A stretch of 64,000 nt of DNA from NCBI GenBank assembly GCA_963787835.1, contig CAWBEI010000002.1, forward strand, positions 1,472,001-1,536,000. Reading direction: 5' to 3'. Numbering within the stretch: the first letter of the stretch is position 1; each line of letters opens with the position of its first letter. A program made the position numbers and the translations under genes. Below, in pieces: positions 1-9,494 of the stretch. This stretch comes from Ignavibacteriota bacterium (lineage in GTDB: Bacteria; Bacteroidota; Ignavibacteria; Palsa-1295). Under the pieces are notes generated by a model, which was given only the letters and a program-made list of their open reading frames with translations, did no database searches and had not been told where the DNA came from.

Positions 1-525
1 AACGCAAAGGGTAGTTACGGCCCGTATTGCCGAGCGCTCGAAAGAATTTGCTATGAAGAGTCATTCCATTTAAAGCAGGGATACGATGCATTCGTTGCGC
101 TCGCAGTTGGCACACCGATGCAGCGCGAGATGCTTCAGGATGCGCTCAACCGCTGGTGGTTCCCGCCGATGATGCACTTCTTCGGTCCGCCGGATACGAT
201 TTCCGTTCACACCGAAAAGCTGATGCGCTGGAAAGTCAAGATGATGTCGAACGAAGACATGCGGCAGGACTTCCTCGAACAATATGTTCCCAAGATCTGG
301 GAACTTGGAATGACGCTGCCCGACCCCGCTCTTCGAAAGGACGAAACCACCGGCAAATGGGAATACACCCAGCCCGACTGGGACGAATTCTTCCGCGTCA
401 TCAATGGCGATGGGCCATGCAACAAAGAACGCCTCGCCGTCCGCCGCTATGCCGAAGAGAATGGCCGGTGGGTGAGAGAGGCGATGATGCGGCCAACTAT
501 GAAACAAGTAGTACCCTATGCATAA
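1..525 (+). CDS. paaA: Phenylacetyl-CoA epoxidase subunit A (5'-truncated by window)
   Basis: Frame 1 is open from base 1: [23 protein letters not shown]...QDALNRWW...MHFFGPPD...NEDMRQ, typical PaaA motifs; followed by paaB/C/D. Confidence 0.93.
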   Translation, partial: NAKGSYGPYCRALERICYEESFHLKQGYDAFVALAVGTPMQREMLQDALNRWWFPPMMHFFGPPDTISVHTEKLMRWKVKMMSNEDMRQDFLEQYVPKIWELGMTLPDPALRKDETTGKWEYTQPDWDEFFRVINGDGPCNKERLAVRRYAEENGRWVREAMMRPTMKQVVPYA

Positions 526-528
526 TCG

Positions 529-599
529 TTGGACAAACTGGGCTGTGTGGACACTATAGACAACCGTCCATACCGTCCACACTGTCCATGGAGTCCACA
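529..599. repeat. Inverted pair of degenerate 9-nt tandem arrays (TGGACnnnn / GTCCAnnnn)
   Basis: tggacaaac tgggctgtg tggacacta tagacaacc, then gtccatacc gtccacact gtccatgga gtccacaa, between paaA and paaB. Confidence 0.7.
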
Positions 600-609
600 A
601 CACTCAATC

Positions 610-1026
610 ATGACCAATAGCCTAGACCCCCGCATCCGCCGAGCCGATCTCGAAGCTTCGCCTGCTTCGAGCGGCCTGGCACAAAATGAAGAATGGGAGA
701 CGTTCGCGATCTTCCATCAGGATAAACGCGGCTCGGCGCACGAGTTCGTGGGAATCATTCATGCACCCGATCCTGAACTTGCGCTGATATTCGCCAAAGA
801 GCAATTTGGCCGCCGCAAAAAGACGGTTAATCTCTGGGCCGTCCGCTCGACCGATATTTTTACGTTCCAGCACGAGGACGATGATATGTTCTCTACTGTG
901 CCAGATAAGAATTACCGCGAAGCCTCTGGCTATCCCGTGCGGAAGCGCATCAATAAATATTTAGATGAACTGAAGGAACTTGCGAACAATAAGTATCTCG
1001 ACATGATGGAGAAGGAATCAGGATAA
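610..1026 (+). CDS. paaB: Phenylacetyl-CoA epoxidase subunit B
   Basis: WETFAIFHQ...HEFVGIIHAPDPELALIFAKEQFGRR...LWAVRS; ATG 610 chosen because the longer ORF starts inside a repeat. Confidence 0.85.
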   Translation: MTNSLDPRIRRADLEASPASSGLAQNEEWETFAIFHQDKRGSAHEFVGIIHAPDPELALIFAKEQFGRRKKTVNLWAVRSTDIFTFQHEDDDMFSTVPDKNYREASGYPVRKRINKYLDELKELANNKYLDMMEKESG

Positions 1027-1032
1027 TTTAAT

Positions 1033-1126
1033 TGTCATTCCCGCGAATGCGGGAATCCAAAACGTGTATGAAACAAAACTTTTGCACTCCAGCAGACGAT
1101 GGATTCCCGCTTTCGCGGGAATGACA
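1033..1126. repeat. GTCAT-tagged palindrome doublet, family A
   Basis: TGTCATTCCCGCGAATGCGGGAATCCA (1033-1059) ... TGGATTCCCGCTTTCGCGGGAATGACA (1100-1126). Confidence 0.95.
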
Positions 1127-1137
1127 TAAAGACGAGC

Positions 1138-1500
1138 ATGAGTCAACACAACTACTATGTTTACATTATGGCAAGCCAGTACAACGGTACTTTGTACATT
1201 GGCGTCACAAATGACATAGAACGTCGTGTTGCAGAGCATAAAAAGAGAGTTTTTGAGGGATTCACAAAAAAGTATGATGTTGATCGATTAGTTTATTTCG
1301 AATTCTATTCAGATATTAATTCCGCGATAATGCGAGAGAAGCAACTCAAAAAATGGAATCGACAATGGAAAATTAATCTGATCGAGATGAGAAATCCCGA
1401 ATGGATCGATCTTTCGACGATAAATTACCAAACACCTTTTGTGGATCCTCCACTATTGGATTCCCGCATTCGCGGGAATGACATACCAAAGACATTATGA
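1138..1500 (+). CDS. Stand-alone GIY-YIG nuclease family protein
   Basis: YYVYIMAS..NGTLYIGVTNDIERRV.EHK...FTKKY.V..LVYFE....I..AI.REKQLKKWNRQWK..LIE..NP.W.DL. Confidence 0.93.
   Translation: MSQHNYYVYIMASQYNGTLYIGVTNDIERRVAEHKKRVFEGFTKKYDVDRLVYFEFYSDINSAIMREKQLKKWNRQWKINLIEMRNPEWIDLSTINYQTPFVDPPLLDSRIRGNDIPKTL
1456..1483. repeat. Family A palindrome, perfect 28-bp inverted copy of 1033-1060
   Basis: TTGGATTCCCGCATTCGCGGGAATGACA, lying in the 3' end of the GIY-YIG ORF. Confidence 0.95.
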
Positions 1501-2252
1501 GTGAAGCAATAAAAGACCTATTATATCGTATCGCCGACGACGAACTCATCATCGGCCACCGCAACAGCGAATGGACGGGCCTCGGCCCCATTCTCGAAGA
1601 AGATATTGCATTTTCGTCTATTGCGCAGGACCAGATCGGCCACGCGCTTGCGAACTATGCGCTGCTTAATACGGAGTTCGGCGAACCGATACCCGATGTT
1701 ATTGCATTTGGTCGCAACGAAAAGGAATTTCATTCCTGCCAATTTGTCGAACTACCCATTGGTGATTACGCATTCAGCCTGATGAGGCATTTCCTGTTCG
1801 ATCATGCGGAGAGCTTGCGATATTCGATCCTAACGCAATCGTCGTTCGCTCCTATCGCGGCGTTGGCAAGGAAGATCCGAGGCGAACTGAAATACCACGT
1901 ACTCCACGCCGATCTGTGGGTACAAAAGCTTGGCAAAGGCACGGAAGAAAGCCACGCCCGCATGCAAACGGCATTGAATGAGGCTTTCCCATTCGCGCTT
2001 GGAATGTTCGAGCCATCCCAATATGACCAGGAACTTGAAGCGGAGAACATTTTTATTGGAGAGACCGCGTTGCAGACCCATTGGCTCGAAGCGATCACGC
2101 CCATAATCGAACGCGCCGAACTGCAACTTCCTAAACTCCCGATCACGGAGAGAATGTACGGCGGACGCCGCGGATATCACACAAAGTATTTGCAACCGCT
2201 TATTGATGAGATGACGGAAGTGTATCGGTTAGATCCGGCGACAACATGGTAG
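1497..2252 (+). CDS. paaC: Phenylacetyl-CoA epoxidase subunit C
   Basis: ADDELIIGHRNSEWTG.GP.LEEDIA..SIAQD.IGHA; ELPIGDYAF; KIRGELKYH; ends TW*. Confidence 0.93.
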   Translation: MSEAIKDLLYRIADDELIIGHRNSEWTGLGPILEEDIAFSSIAQDQIGHALANYALLNTEFGEPIPDVIAFGRNEKEFHSCQFVELPIGDYAFSLMRHFLFDHAESLRYSILTQSSFAPIAALARKIRGELKYHVLHADLWVQKLGKGTEESHARMQTALNEAFPFALGMFEPSQYDQELEAENIFIGETALQTHWLEAITPIIERAELQLPKLPITERMYGGRRGYHTKYLQPLIDEMTEVYRLDPATTW

Positions 2253-2866
2253 ATCATATTTCCGATATTGTCATTGCGAGGAGGAAATTGCGCAGCGAAG
2301 CGGAGCAATTTTCGACGAAGCAATCCCTTGGCTTGCCCCAGAATTCCAACGGATTGCTTCGTCACCCCTCCGGGGTTCCTCGCAATGACGACGTGGAAAG
2401 CAGAGTATTGGAAATACTCGCGACAGTGATGGATCCCGAGATCCCCACGCTCAGCGTGATCGATCTTGGCATGATCACGGACGTGCAAATGACCGACGAT
2501 GGCGTGATGGTGCGGTTGCTACCCACATTTGTTGCATGTCCGGCGACAACCTACATTCGATCGAATATTACGGATGCACTAAAGAAATCCGGCTTTGCTA
2601 ATCCCAAAGTAGAAATGGAAACGGAACTTTCATGGTCCAGCGACCGCATTACTCCGCAAGGCCGCAAGCGTTTGGAAGAGTTTGGTTTAGGTGCTCCCAT
2701 TCAAATAGATGGCGTTCTCGATCTTAATGTGATCGAGCACGTAGCATGCCCGCACTGTGGCAGCAAAAACACGGAGATGCGTTCAATGTTCGGCAGCACG
2801 CTCTGCCGCTCGATCCATTTTTGTTTGGATTGCAAGCAGGGGTTCGAGCGGTTCAAGCCGCTGTAA
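2246..2866 (+). CDS. paaD: Phenylacetyl-CoA epoxidase subunit D (PaaJ/PaaD), with in-frame repeat near the N-terminus
   Basis: VMDPEIPTLSVIDLGMI, PTFVACPA, WSSDRIT..GR..L, CPHCGS..T...FGSTLCRSI..C..C...FERFKP; ATG overlaps the paaC stop; alternative GTG start at 2393. Confidence 0.9.
   Translation: MVDHISDIVIARRKLRSEAEQFSTKQSLGLPQNSNGLLRHPSGVPRNDDVESRVLEILATVMDPEIPTLSVIDLGMITDVQMTDDGVMVRLLPTFVACPATTYIRSNITDALKKSGFANPKVEMETELSWSSDRITPQGRKRLEEFGLGAPIQIDGVLDLNVIEHVACPHCGSKNTEMRSMFGSTLCRSIHFCLDCKQGFERFKPL
2270..2389. repeat. GTCAT-tagged compound palindrome, family B (120 bp)
   Basis: GTCATTGCGAGGA...GACGAAGCAATCC...GGATTGCTTCGTC...TCCTCGCAATGAC. Confidence 0.92.
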
Positions 2867-3449
2867 CTAAAATGCGTAGCCCAGGCTGACACCGCCATAC
2901 GGTTGGAAATGCCCGTTCAAAATGAACGGCGCAAACGCCAAACGCAGGAGAAATCCTCCATCCAGTGGTTCCAAACGATACCCAATGATTCCCACATATC
3001 CGAGGTAGGTTCCACCGGTGGTGGAACCTACTTTGGTGTTTCCCAACGAGGCATGGACTACGCCGGCCCCGATCTCCAATTTACTGCTGGTAGCACCGAA
3101 CGGAAACACGCTGACGGTGATCGGTATCGTGGTGAGCGATACGTTGCCATCTGGTAAATAACCGATACCGATCCGAGCTCCGAGATAGTCGGTAAGCATC
3201 CGGTCATAATTGATAGAATAGATCAGTCCGGAGCCGAGGATTTCCAGATACAGGGCATTCGGTGCGGTAATACTAGCGTATTGTCCTGCATCGGCCGGTT
3301 GCGGAGCAGGGGAATGATCGTTCGATGCCAGAATGGAAGTCCCAATAACCGGGCAGCGTGCCGGGCGCGGAATTGAATTGTGCCTTAGAGTTCAACGGAC
3401 TGAAGAACGCCAGTGCAAATACAACGACAGAAATAGAAGTAGCTTTCAT
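2867..3449 (-). pseudogene. Frameshifted small beta-barrel outer-membrane protein, paralog of 3548-4132
   Basis: Signal peptide MKATSISVVVFALAFF..SKAQ from ATG 3449 is 1 nt out of frame with APNALYLEILGSGLIYSINYDRML...GYRLEP.DGGFLLR...GVSLGYAF. Confidence 0.65.
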
Positions 3450-3547
3450 AGTGATAACAATCTGTATGAATTCGGATCCTGAATCGAACCCTGTTTACAA
3501 AAATAATACAAAAATCGAACGAGGTCGATCAATCTGTCAGGATCCGT

Positions 3548-4132
3548 TCAAAACCCCCACCCGAAGCTTATTCCGCCATACGGCTGGAAGTTTCCGCCAA
3601 GTAGAATGGGCGTGAACGCGATGCGGAACAGGAAGCCGCCCTCGACCGGCTCGTACCGATAGCCGATGATGGCCGAGTAGCCAATGCCATTAAATTCTTT
3701 GAATGGGCCGAGGTTTCTGCTGAGGTCCGCATATCCGAGTCCGATGCCGATCTCCAGCCGGTCGCTGGATGCAGAATCGCTGGCGCTGAATGGGAACCAA
3801 CTAAGCGTGAGCGGGGCGGACGTGATGGAGGCATGCACCACCGTTCCGTTCGACTTCGTTCCCGAAAGTGGCAAATAGCCAAATCCAAGACGCACGGCAA
3901 GGGTTCGGACAACCATCCGCTCGTAGTCGAATGTCCCTCCGATCGAAGAACCGCCAGCTTCTGCATAGATGCTGTTTCGCGCAGGGCCGGAAGGCAGGGT
4001 GTCCGTCAGTGCATCTCCCGGCGGGTTCGCTTGTGTCCGATCTGCGGCGAGCGATTGTGCATGGCCTCTTACCGGAATAATAAAAAGTCCGAAGAGTACA
4101 ATAAGAAAGAGACAAGCACGTTTCACATTCAT
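3548..4132 (-). CDS. Putative outer-membrane beta-barrel protein
   Basis: Signal peptide (..GHAQ), alternating amphipathic strands, C-terminal GISFGWGF. Confidence 0.75.
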   Translation of the reverse strand: MNVKRACLFLIVLFGLFIIPVRGHAQSLAADRTQANPPGDALTDTLPSGPARNSIYAEAGGSSIGGTFDYERMVVRTLAVRLGFGYLPLSGTKSNGTVVHASITSAPLTLSWFPFSASDSASSDRLEIGIGLGYADLSRNLGPFKEFNGIGYSAIIGYRYEPVEGGFLFRIAFTPILLGGNFQPYGGISFGWGF

Positions 4133-4324
4133 GATAATATCTTCCGTTAGGAACTGGTGAACCAATAGACGATCAAAAGGCACCATAATACCACGAACGT
4201 AACGATCCCTATCCACGCCGCAACAAAATTCCGCTGCTGCGCGGGAGTGGCGTCATCCTTGATCGTCGTGACGCCGATCGCGATGTTAATACCTCGAAAA
4301 AAACGCGCAAGGGGGCTGAGCATG

Positions 4325-4885
4325 TTATTTTACTGGTGAAGGATCGATCGTGGATATCCGGAAGCCTACGGAGCGCTTTTCGGGAACAACGAACGATGGC
4401 GTCATCAATTTTTCCAATTCCATAAAGAGTTCGCCGATGGTGTTATCCATTCCATCCATTCGTTGTGCCAATGCTGCTTCGACTTCTTTACGTTTCTTCA
4501 TCCATTGAGCAGATCCAGAGGCGACTTCTCGCATTTTTACGAACGCTCTTACAATGAAGATGCTCATCGCAACGGCTTCCTCACTATTCAAGATCGTGGC
4601 AGCCATAATTGCACCGTGCTCTGTGAAAGCCACGGGCATAGTTCTTCTTCCTCCATGTAAACTTGATGTTGCATTTTGCATCTTCAAGTTTGTAACTTCT
4701 TTCTTTGTAAGGACATACGCAAAGTCTGACGGAAATTTTTTGATATTTCGCCGATATTGTTGCAGGAGCCGCTGGTTTGTTACACCATACAGTAAGGCCA
4801 GATCATTATCCACAATAATGCGCTCTCCACGAAGCTCATGGATCATGCTTTCGATCGGAATTCTTGGGGTGATCTGCTTAGGCAT
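4325..4885 (-). CDS. ORF6N (KilA-N-like) DNA-binding domain protein
   Basis: IHELRGERIIVDNDLALLYGV...RRN..KFPSDF...LT.KE; GGRR..P.AFTEHG.IM.AT.LNS..A. Confidence 0.88.
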   Translation of the reverse strand: MPKQITPRIPIESMIHELRGERIIVDNDLALLYGVTNQRLLQQYRRNIKKFPSDFAYVLTKKEVTNLKMQNATSSLHGGRRTMPVAFTEHGAIMAATILNSEEAVAMSIFIVRAFVKMREVASGSAQWMKKRKEVEAALAQRMDGMDNTIGELFMELEKLMTPSFVVPEKRSVGFRISTIDPSPVK

Positions 4886-4892
4886 TCTATAA

Positions 4893-6056
4893 TTATGCCG
4901 CCAGCGCTTGCGTCACCTTCTTTGCCGCGTCCGTCATCCCTTTGGCGACGAGGAAATTCAGGCCGCTGTTTTGCAGGATGACGCCTGCTTCTTCGGCATT
5001 GGTTCCCTCTAAGCGCACGACGATCGGAACTTGCGGATGTACTAAATGCGAGGCTTCGACCACCCCTGTTGCAACGCGGTCGCAGCGGACGATTCCGCCG
5101 AAGATATTTATCAGAATGGCTTTCACATTTGGATCGCTCAGGATAATACGGAAACCTTCGGCAACGGTATCTTTATTCGCGCCACCACCGACATCGAGGA
5201 AATTCGCCGGTTCACCGCCTGCAAGCTTGATGATGTCCATGGTCGCCATCGCAAGTCCCGCGCCATTGACCATACAGCCGACATTGCCATCAAGCTTAAT
5301 ATAATTCAAATTTGATTTCGAGGCTTCGACCTCTAATGGATCTTCCTCTGCAATATCGCGCAAAGCCGCGTATTCAGGATGTCGGTACATTGCGTTGTCA
5401 TCGAAATTCACTTTTGCATCGAGCGCGATCATCTTCGCATCGCGGGTGAGCACGAGGGGATTTATCTCGAAGAGCGAGGCATCGGTATCTTCATAAGCGC
5501 GGTACAAGGCTTTCAAAAATGCCACGCATTGCTTGAATGCCTCGCCGGAAAGCCCAAGTGCGAACGCAAGTTCTCGCGCCTCGAAATCACGGAAGCCAAT
5601 GGCCGGATCGACAAAAACTTTCACGATCTTCTCCGGTGATTCTTCGGCCACTTTTTCGATCTCCATACCGCCTTCCGTCGAAACCATCACGACATTTTTT
5701 GCGGATGCACGGTCGAGCACGATACCGGCATAATATTCCTTCAGAATATCGACTCCCTGCTCGATAAGCAAACGAGAAACCTTTCGTCCTTCGGGGCCCG
5801 TCTGGTGGGTGACGAGTGTCATGCCAAGCATGAATTGCGCAAGTTTCCCGACATCCTCCGGCGAGCGAGCGATCTTCACACCGCCGCCTTTGCCGCGGCC
5901 GCCGGCATGGATCTGCGCCTTTACGACGGCTATCTCCGTCGGCAGCTTCCGCGCTGCTTCTACCGCATCATTGACCGTATATGCGACGTACCCGATCGGC
6001 ACCGGCACGCCATATTTCTTCAGAATTTCTTTCGCTTGATATTCGTGGATTTTCAT
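4893..6056 (-). CDS. sucC: Succinyl-CoA ligase [ADP-forming] beta subunit
   Basis: [60 protein letters not shown]. Confidence 0.98.
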   Translation of the reverse strand: MKIHEYQAKEILKKYGVPVPIGYVAYTVNDAVEAARKLPTEIAVVKAQIHAGGRGKGGGVKIARSPEDVGKLAQFMLGMTLVTHQTGPEGRKVSRLLIEQGVDILKEYYAGIVLDRASAKNVVMVSTEGGMEIEKVAEESPEKIVKVFVDPAIGFRDFEARELAFALGLSGEAFKQCVAFLKALYRAYEDTDASLFEINPLVLTRDAKMIALDAKVNFDDNAMYRHPEYAALRDIAEEDPLEVEASKSNLNYIKLDGNVGCMVNGAGLAMATMDIIKLAGGEPANFLDVGGGANKDTVAEGFRIILSDPNVKAILINIFGGIVRCDRVATGVVEASHLVHPQVPIVVRLEGTNAEEAGVILQNSGLNFLVAKGMTDAAKKVTQALAA

Positions 6057-6076
6057 AGAGAGTAATTAATTTGATG

Positions 6077-6084
6077 CAAAAATA
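6077..6084 (-). promoter_or_regulatory. Bacteroidota-type -7 element (TAnnTTTG) for sucC
   Basis: Minus strand reads cgTATTTTTGc, 20 nt upstream of the ATG. Confidence 0.55.
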
Positions 6085-6163
6085 CGAAGACTTTCCGCCC
6101 GACCCAGAACTGATGGAAAATATCTGTGGTTCTAATGACAAGATTCGAGAGGCAATTTGAATT

Positions 6164-7066
6164 ATGAAGCTTACCGTCATAGCGCCTCGGTGTGTCAGAT
6201 TTTCGCGCTTGTGTTGCGTGACAGTTATTCTGTGGATTGCAGTGTTTCTGAATGATAATGCGTTCGCGCAGAAGAGCCCACTTACACTTCCATTTCGCAT
6301 TAACGTTAGTATTTCAGGCAGCTACTCTGAGTTTAACGAGTATGATACATCCACACGTCCGATTTATGACATGATCGGCTCCAAAGTTGTCCAAGCTTTT
6401 GTGATCGATTCGACTGCAATGGGATCGAGCATCGTTATTGCTGGGGACTCTCTCGTCTACTTCGATACAACTAATACGTCTGATCCTCTCGGCTGGTATA
6501 GTTCTCGCGCAATCTTTCATTTTGATACGGTGCGTAAGATTATCACCTCAATGTCCCTTGCACTCAATGAGTATTATGTGAACTTGTATGATCTCAATAC
6601 CACGCTCTATTATTCCTGGGGACTATCGTGTTTGAATGTTCCGTATGAGAATGACTCAATTCCCACTCTCGATTCAATTCCATCATCAGATGTTCTTCGG
6701 GTGTATTATGACTCTTCTGGGATCATTCGCCCGGATATTCCACCATTGGGTCGCTGGGATTCTGCATCGAGCAAGCTTGTTTCGGGTCAGGTTCGTTTGT
6801 CAGGTTCGAATATTCCAGCTTTAAGTGTGAATGAATATTCTCCGTCCATTGGATTTAACGCAGTGTCAGAGAATGGCCTACTCAAATGCACATTTGCTCC
6901 TTCGAACCACGCGCGAATCCTTGAAATGTATTCAACGATCGGCGCTGAGATACAAAGAATCTCAATCCCTCCAAGTGAAAACTTTATTGTTGTTCCTAAT
7001 CTAACTGCTGGTCTTTATTTTCTCCGTTTAGAGAATAATTTTTTGCGGGTCTATACTCCGAACTAA
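6164..7066 (+). CDS. Secreted protein with probable T9SS C-terminal sorting domain
   Basis: Signal peptide ..NAFAQ; C-terminus LSVNE...LEMYSTIG...NLTAGLYFLRL; start uncertain. Confidence 0.65.
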   Translation: MKLTVIAPRCVRFSRLCCVTVILWIAVFLNDNAFAQKSPLTLPFRINVSISGSYSEFNEYDTSTRPIYDMIGSKVVQAFVIDSTAMGSSIVIAGDSLVYFDTTNTSDPLGWYSSRAIFHFDTVRKIITSMSLALNEYYVNLYDLNTTLYYSWGLSCLNVPYENDSIPTLDSIPSSDVLRVYYDSSGIIRPDIPPLGRWDSASSKLVSGQVRLSGSNIPALSVNEYSPSIGFNAVSENGLLKCTFAPSNHARILEMYSTIGAEIQRISIPPSENFIVVPNLTAGLYFLRLENNFLRVYTPN

Positions 7067-7087
7067 CGTGTCGTGCGTCCAGGGTTC

Positions 7088-7576
7088 TTAAAAGAAATAA
7101 TCCGCCCCAAGGCGAAAGACGAACCAGCCGATGTTCGATGATGGGGTGAAAAAGGCATTGAGAATATCGACATCGCCGTGAACGTTGATCTGGCGATTGA
7201 TGCAAAAAGCTGCTCCGCCGCCCAGGAAGAGCCCGATCTGTGTACTGCCGGGCTGCGAGTATAGTTGGATCCCCCCTTGTGCGAACGGACTTACGAACCA
7301 TTGATAGAGATAGCGCACAAATGGAGCGATCAAAAACGAGCCAACCGATGTGGAAAATGAGGCGGAAAGTTCGGAGCCGATCTGAAGGTTCGAGCTGGAA
7401 TCGAGTGCGTAGGTGACTTCGAATCCGCTTGGAAGGAAATTTGTGACGCCATAAATACCAACCCCAAACTGCTCGGCTGGAGGGTCGTTCTTTTGTGCAT
7501 GAGCCGAGGAAACGGCGATAGCCATCAGCGCTGCCAAAGTTCCGAACTTACGAAGATAATGAATAAATGCGGTCAT
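7088..7576 (-). CDS. Small outer-membrane beta-barrel protein
   Basis: Signal ..AHAQKNDPP, beta-strand pattern, C-terminal F; tandem paralog of 7635-8132. Confidence 0.75.
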   Translation of the reverse strand: MTAFIHYLRKFGTLAALMAIAVSSAHAQKNDPPAEQFGVGIYGVTNFLPSGFEVTYALDSSSNLQIGSELSASFSTSVGSFLIAPFVRYLYQWFVSPFAQGGIQLYSQPGSTQIGLFLGGGAAFCINRQINVHGDVDILNAFFTPSSNIGWFVFRLGADYFF

Positions 7577-7634
7577 GAAAAATTCCTCTGATCATACTTA
7601 TGATAGCACCAAAAGCATGGTTATTCGAGTTTGT

Positions 7635-8132
7635 CTAAAAGAACCAATCGGCGTCGGCAGGGATAAAGCTCCAGCCAAATGTCGTCGAGGATGGGCTGAA
7701 ATAGACATTCAGAATATCCACTCCGGCGTGTAAAGCGATCTCATGGTTAATGTTGTAGGCTACACCGGCGCCTAAAAATACGCCGGTGTTTGAAGTGCTT
7801 CCAGTCGAGAGCACTTGCAGGCCGCCCTGGATGAACGGGCTCACGGTCGTCGGGATGAGATATCGAGCAAATGGGCCGAACAAGATGGTCGTTACGCTCG
7901 CCCCGCCGCTGCTGGTAACAGAAAGCGATAGTTCCGATCCCACCTGAATATTCTGATTAATGGCATAGACGGCTTCAAGCCCACTCGGAGTAGAGGAGCG
8001 TATGGAATAAACGCCCACCCCGAATTGCCCCGATGGCGGATCGTTCTTTTGCGCGTGTACTGGCGAAATAGTAAAAACCGTCAAGGATAAAAATGCAACA
8101 CAGAAGCCAAGATTCTTAGGAAATGTGATCAT
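7635..8132 (-). CDS. Small outer-membrane beta-barrel protein
   Basis: Signal ..VHAQKNDPP, shared QFGVG.Y, QIGSELS, SPF.QGG motifs, ends DWFF. Confidence 0.75.
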   Translation of the reverse strand: MITFPKNLGFCVAFLSLTVFTISPVHAQKNDPPSGQFGVGVYSIRSSTPSGLEAVYAINQNIQVGSELSLSVTSSGGASVTTILFGPFARYLIPTTVSPFIQGGLQVLSTGSTSNTGVFLGAGVAYNINHEIALHAGVDILNVYFSPSSTTFGWSFIPADADWFF

Positions 8133-8384
8133 AGCGAAGCATGAATGATAAAAATGAAGGAAAACAATACTTTGAAGTAAACACCGTTTGAAATAAACAT
8201 ATAATCATCAACAGAGCATTCCTAAAATACAACGATTGCCCAAATCCCCAAAAAATCTCAAGAATCTCGGTCCGGGTTTTAGAGTATCGAACGATATAAT
8301 GATTATAATTCAACACCCTGGTGTTTTTGGGATGCAAATTCTTTCACCGGGGTGATCATTTAACAACTAATCAGGTACATTACA

Positions 8385-8726
8385 ATGAACGAATTCGTAT
8401 TTCTCTATCGTGGCGGAATGAGCGACGGCACGCAGCCCTCGCCCGCAGAAATGGAAGCAATTATGCAGCGCTGGCAGGGGTGGTTTGCAAAGCTTGGTGA
8501 AGAAGGCAAGCTTAAGGAATGGGGCGCCCCGCTTCAACGTGAAGGCAAACTGGTTGCCGCTGGCGGTTCCATTACGGATGGCCCATTCTCGGAAGGCAAG
8601 GAAGTCATCGGTGGATATTCCATCATAAAGGCGGCAGATCTCGCCGAGGCCGCGGCCATCGCGAAGGGATGTCCCGCCCTTGAAACCGGTGGCAGAGTGG
8701 AAGTGCGTCCCGTCGCACCGATGTGA
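8385..8726 (+). CDS. YciI/DGPF family protein
   Basis: ITDGPFSEGKEVIGGYSII.A.DL.EA...AKGCP....GG.VEVRP. Confidence 0.9.
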   Translation: MNEFVFLYRGGMSDGTQPSPAEMEAIMQRWQGWFAKLGEEGKLKEWGAPLQREGKLVAAGGSITDGPFSEGKEVIGGYSIIKAADLAEAAAIAKGCPALETGGRVEVRPVAPM

Positions 8727-8811
8727 TCCATTCCAATCGTTCGAAAACTCACGCAGCGGAGAATGCAGCGTGAGTTTTCGGCGTTTGTTTTGATCCACGA
8801 ATCATAACAAC

Positions 8812-9345
8812 ATGGCAGAAACTATCGGGATCATCGCCAACATCGCCCTCACGCTTTCGGTCGTCATTGCGCTGATATTCGGCATCGCGCAAGTAAAAGC
8901 TGCGGAACGCGACCGCCGCGAGCGCCTCACGCTCGAAACTTTGCGAGTATTCAGCACTCGCGAGTTTTCGGAGCTTATCAATTTCGTGAATACTATCGAG
9001 GTTCCCAAAACACGGGAAGAATTCGCCGCCTTGCCATCCGACCATCAAATAAAACTCATCCACATCGGCCAGCAGATGGAATCCATCGGTATGTTGGTCT
9101 ATGAACACTATATCGAGCTCGATCTCATCGATAAAACGCTGGGGGACTTTGTATCGAACACATGGAACAAATTTAAGCCGATGTTCGAAGACAGCCGCGC
9201 AAAAATTCCCGACCCCTATTTAGCAGAATACAACCAATGGCTCGCCGAACGCATCGAGGAACGCATGAAAAACAATCCTCGCGAACCGTATTATAAAAAT
9301 GCTGGAGGTGCTCGACAACCTCCACCCACGCTTCGCCGACGGTAG
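8812..9345 (+). CDS. Hypothetical protein with N-terminal TM helix (DUF4760-like)
   Basis: N-terminal hydrophobic helix; ESIGMLVYEHYIELDLI; W...KP....R. Confidence 0.6.
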   Translation: MAETIGIIANIALTLSVVIALIFGIAQVKAAERDRRERLTLETLRVFSTREFSELINFVNTIEVPKTREEFAALPSDHQIKLIHIGQQMESIGMLVYEHYIELDLIDKTLGDFVSNTWNKFKPMFEDSRAKIPDPYLAEYNQWLAERIEERMKNNPREPYYKNAGGARQPPPTLRRR

Positions 9346-9352
9346 CATTCCA

Positions 9353-9459
9353 AACTCCCATTCCTATGCAGCAAAGCGGAATAGGATTGGGCAAGCATCG
9401 CCCGTCCCGAGCCTGTCGAGGGATGCGCGGCGTGGTTTGCGGGATTGCACCACACTCAC
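9353..9459. repeat. Degenerate family D palindrome
   Basis: actcccattcctatgcagcaaagcggaataggattgggcaagcatcgccc...; tail GCGGGATTGCACCACACTCAC identical to 11333-11353. Confidence 0.75.
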
Positions 9460-9494
9460 CGGGACTCCACTTCATTCAAACTTCCAATGTAACG

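Noticed and set aside
1033-1483. Conventional IS element with terminal inverted repeats
   Set aside because: No DDE or HUH transposase and no flanking target duplication; the only gene is a GIY-YIG nuclease.
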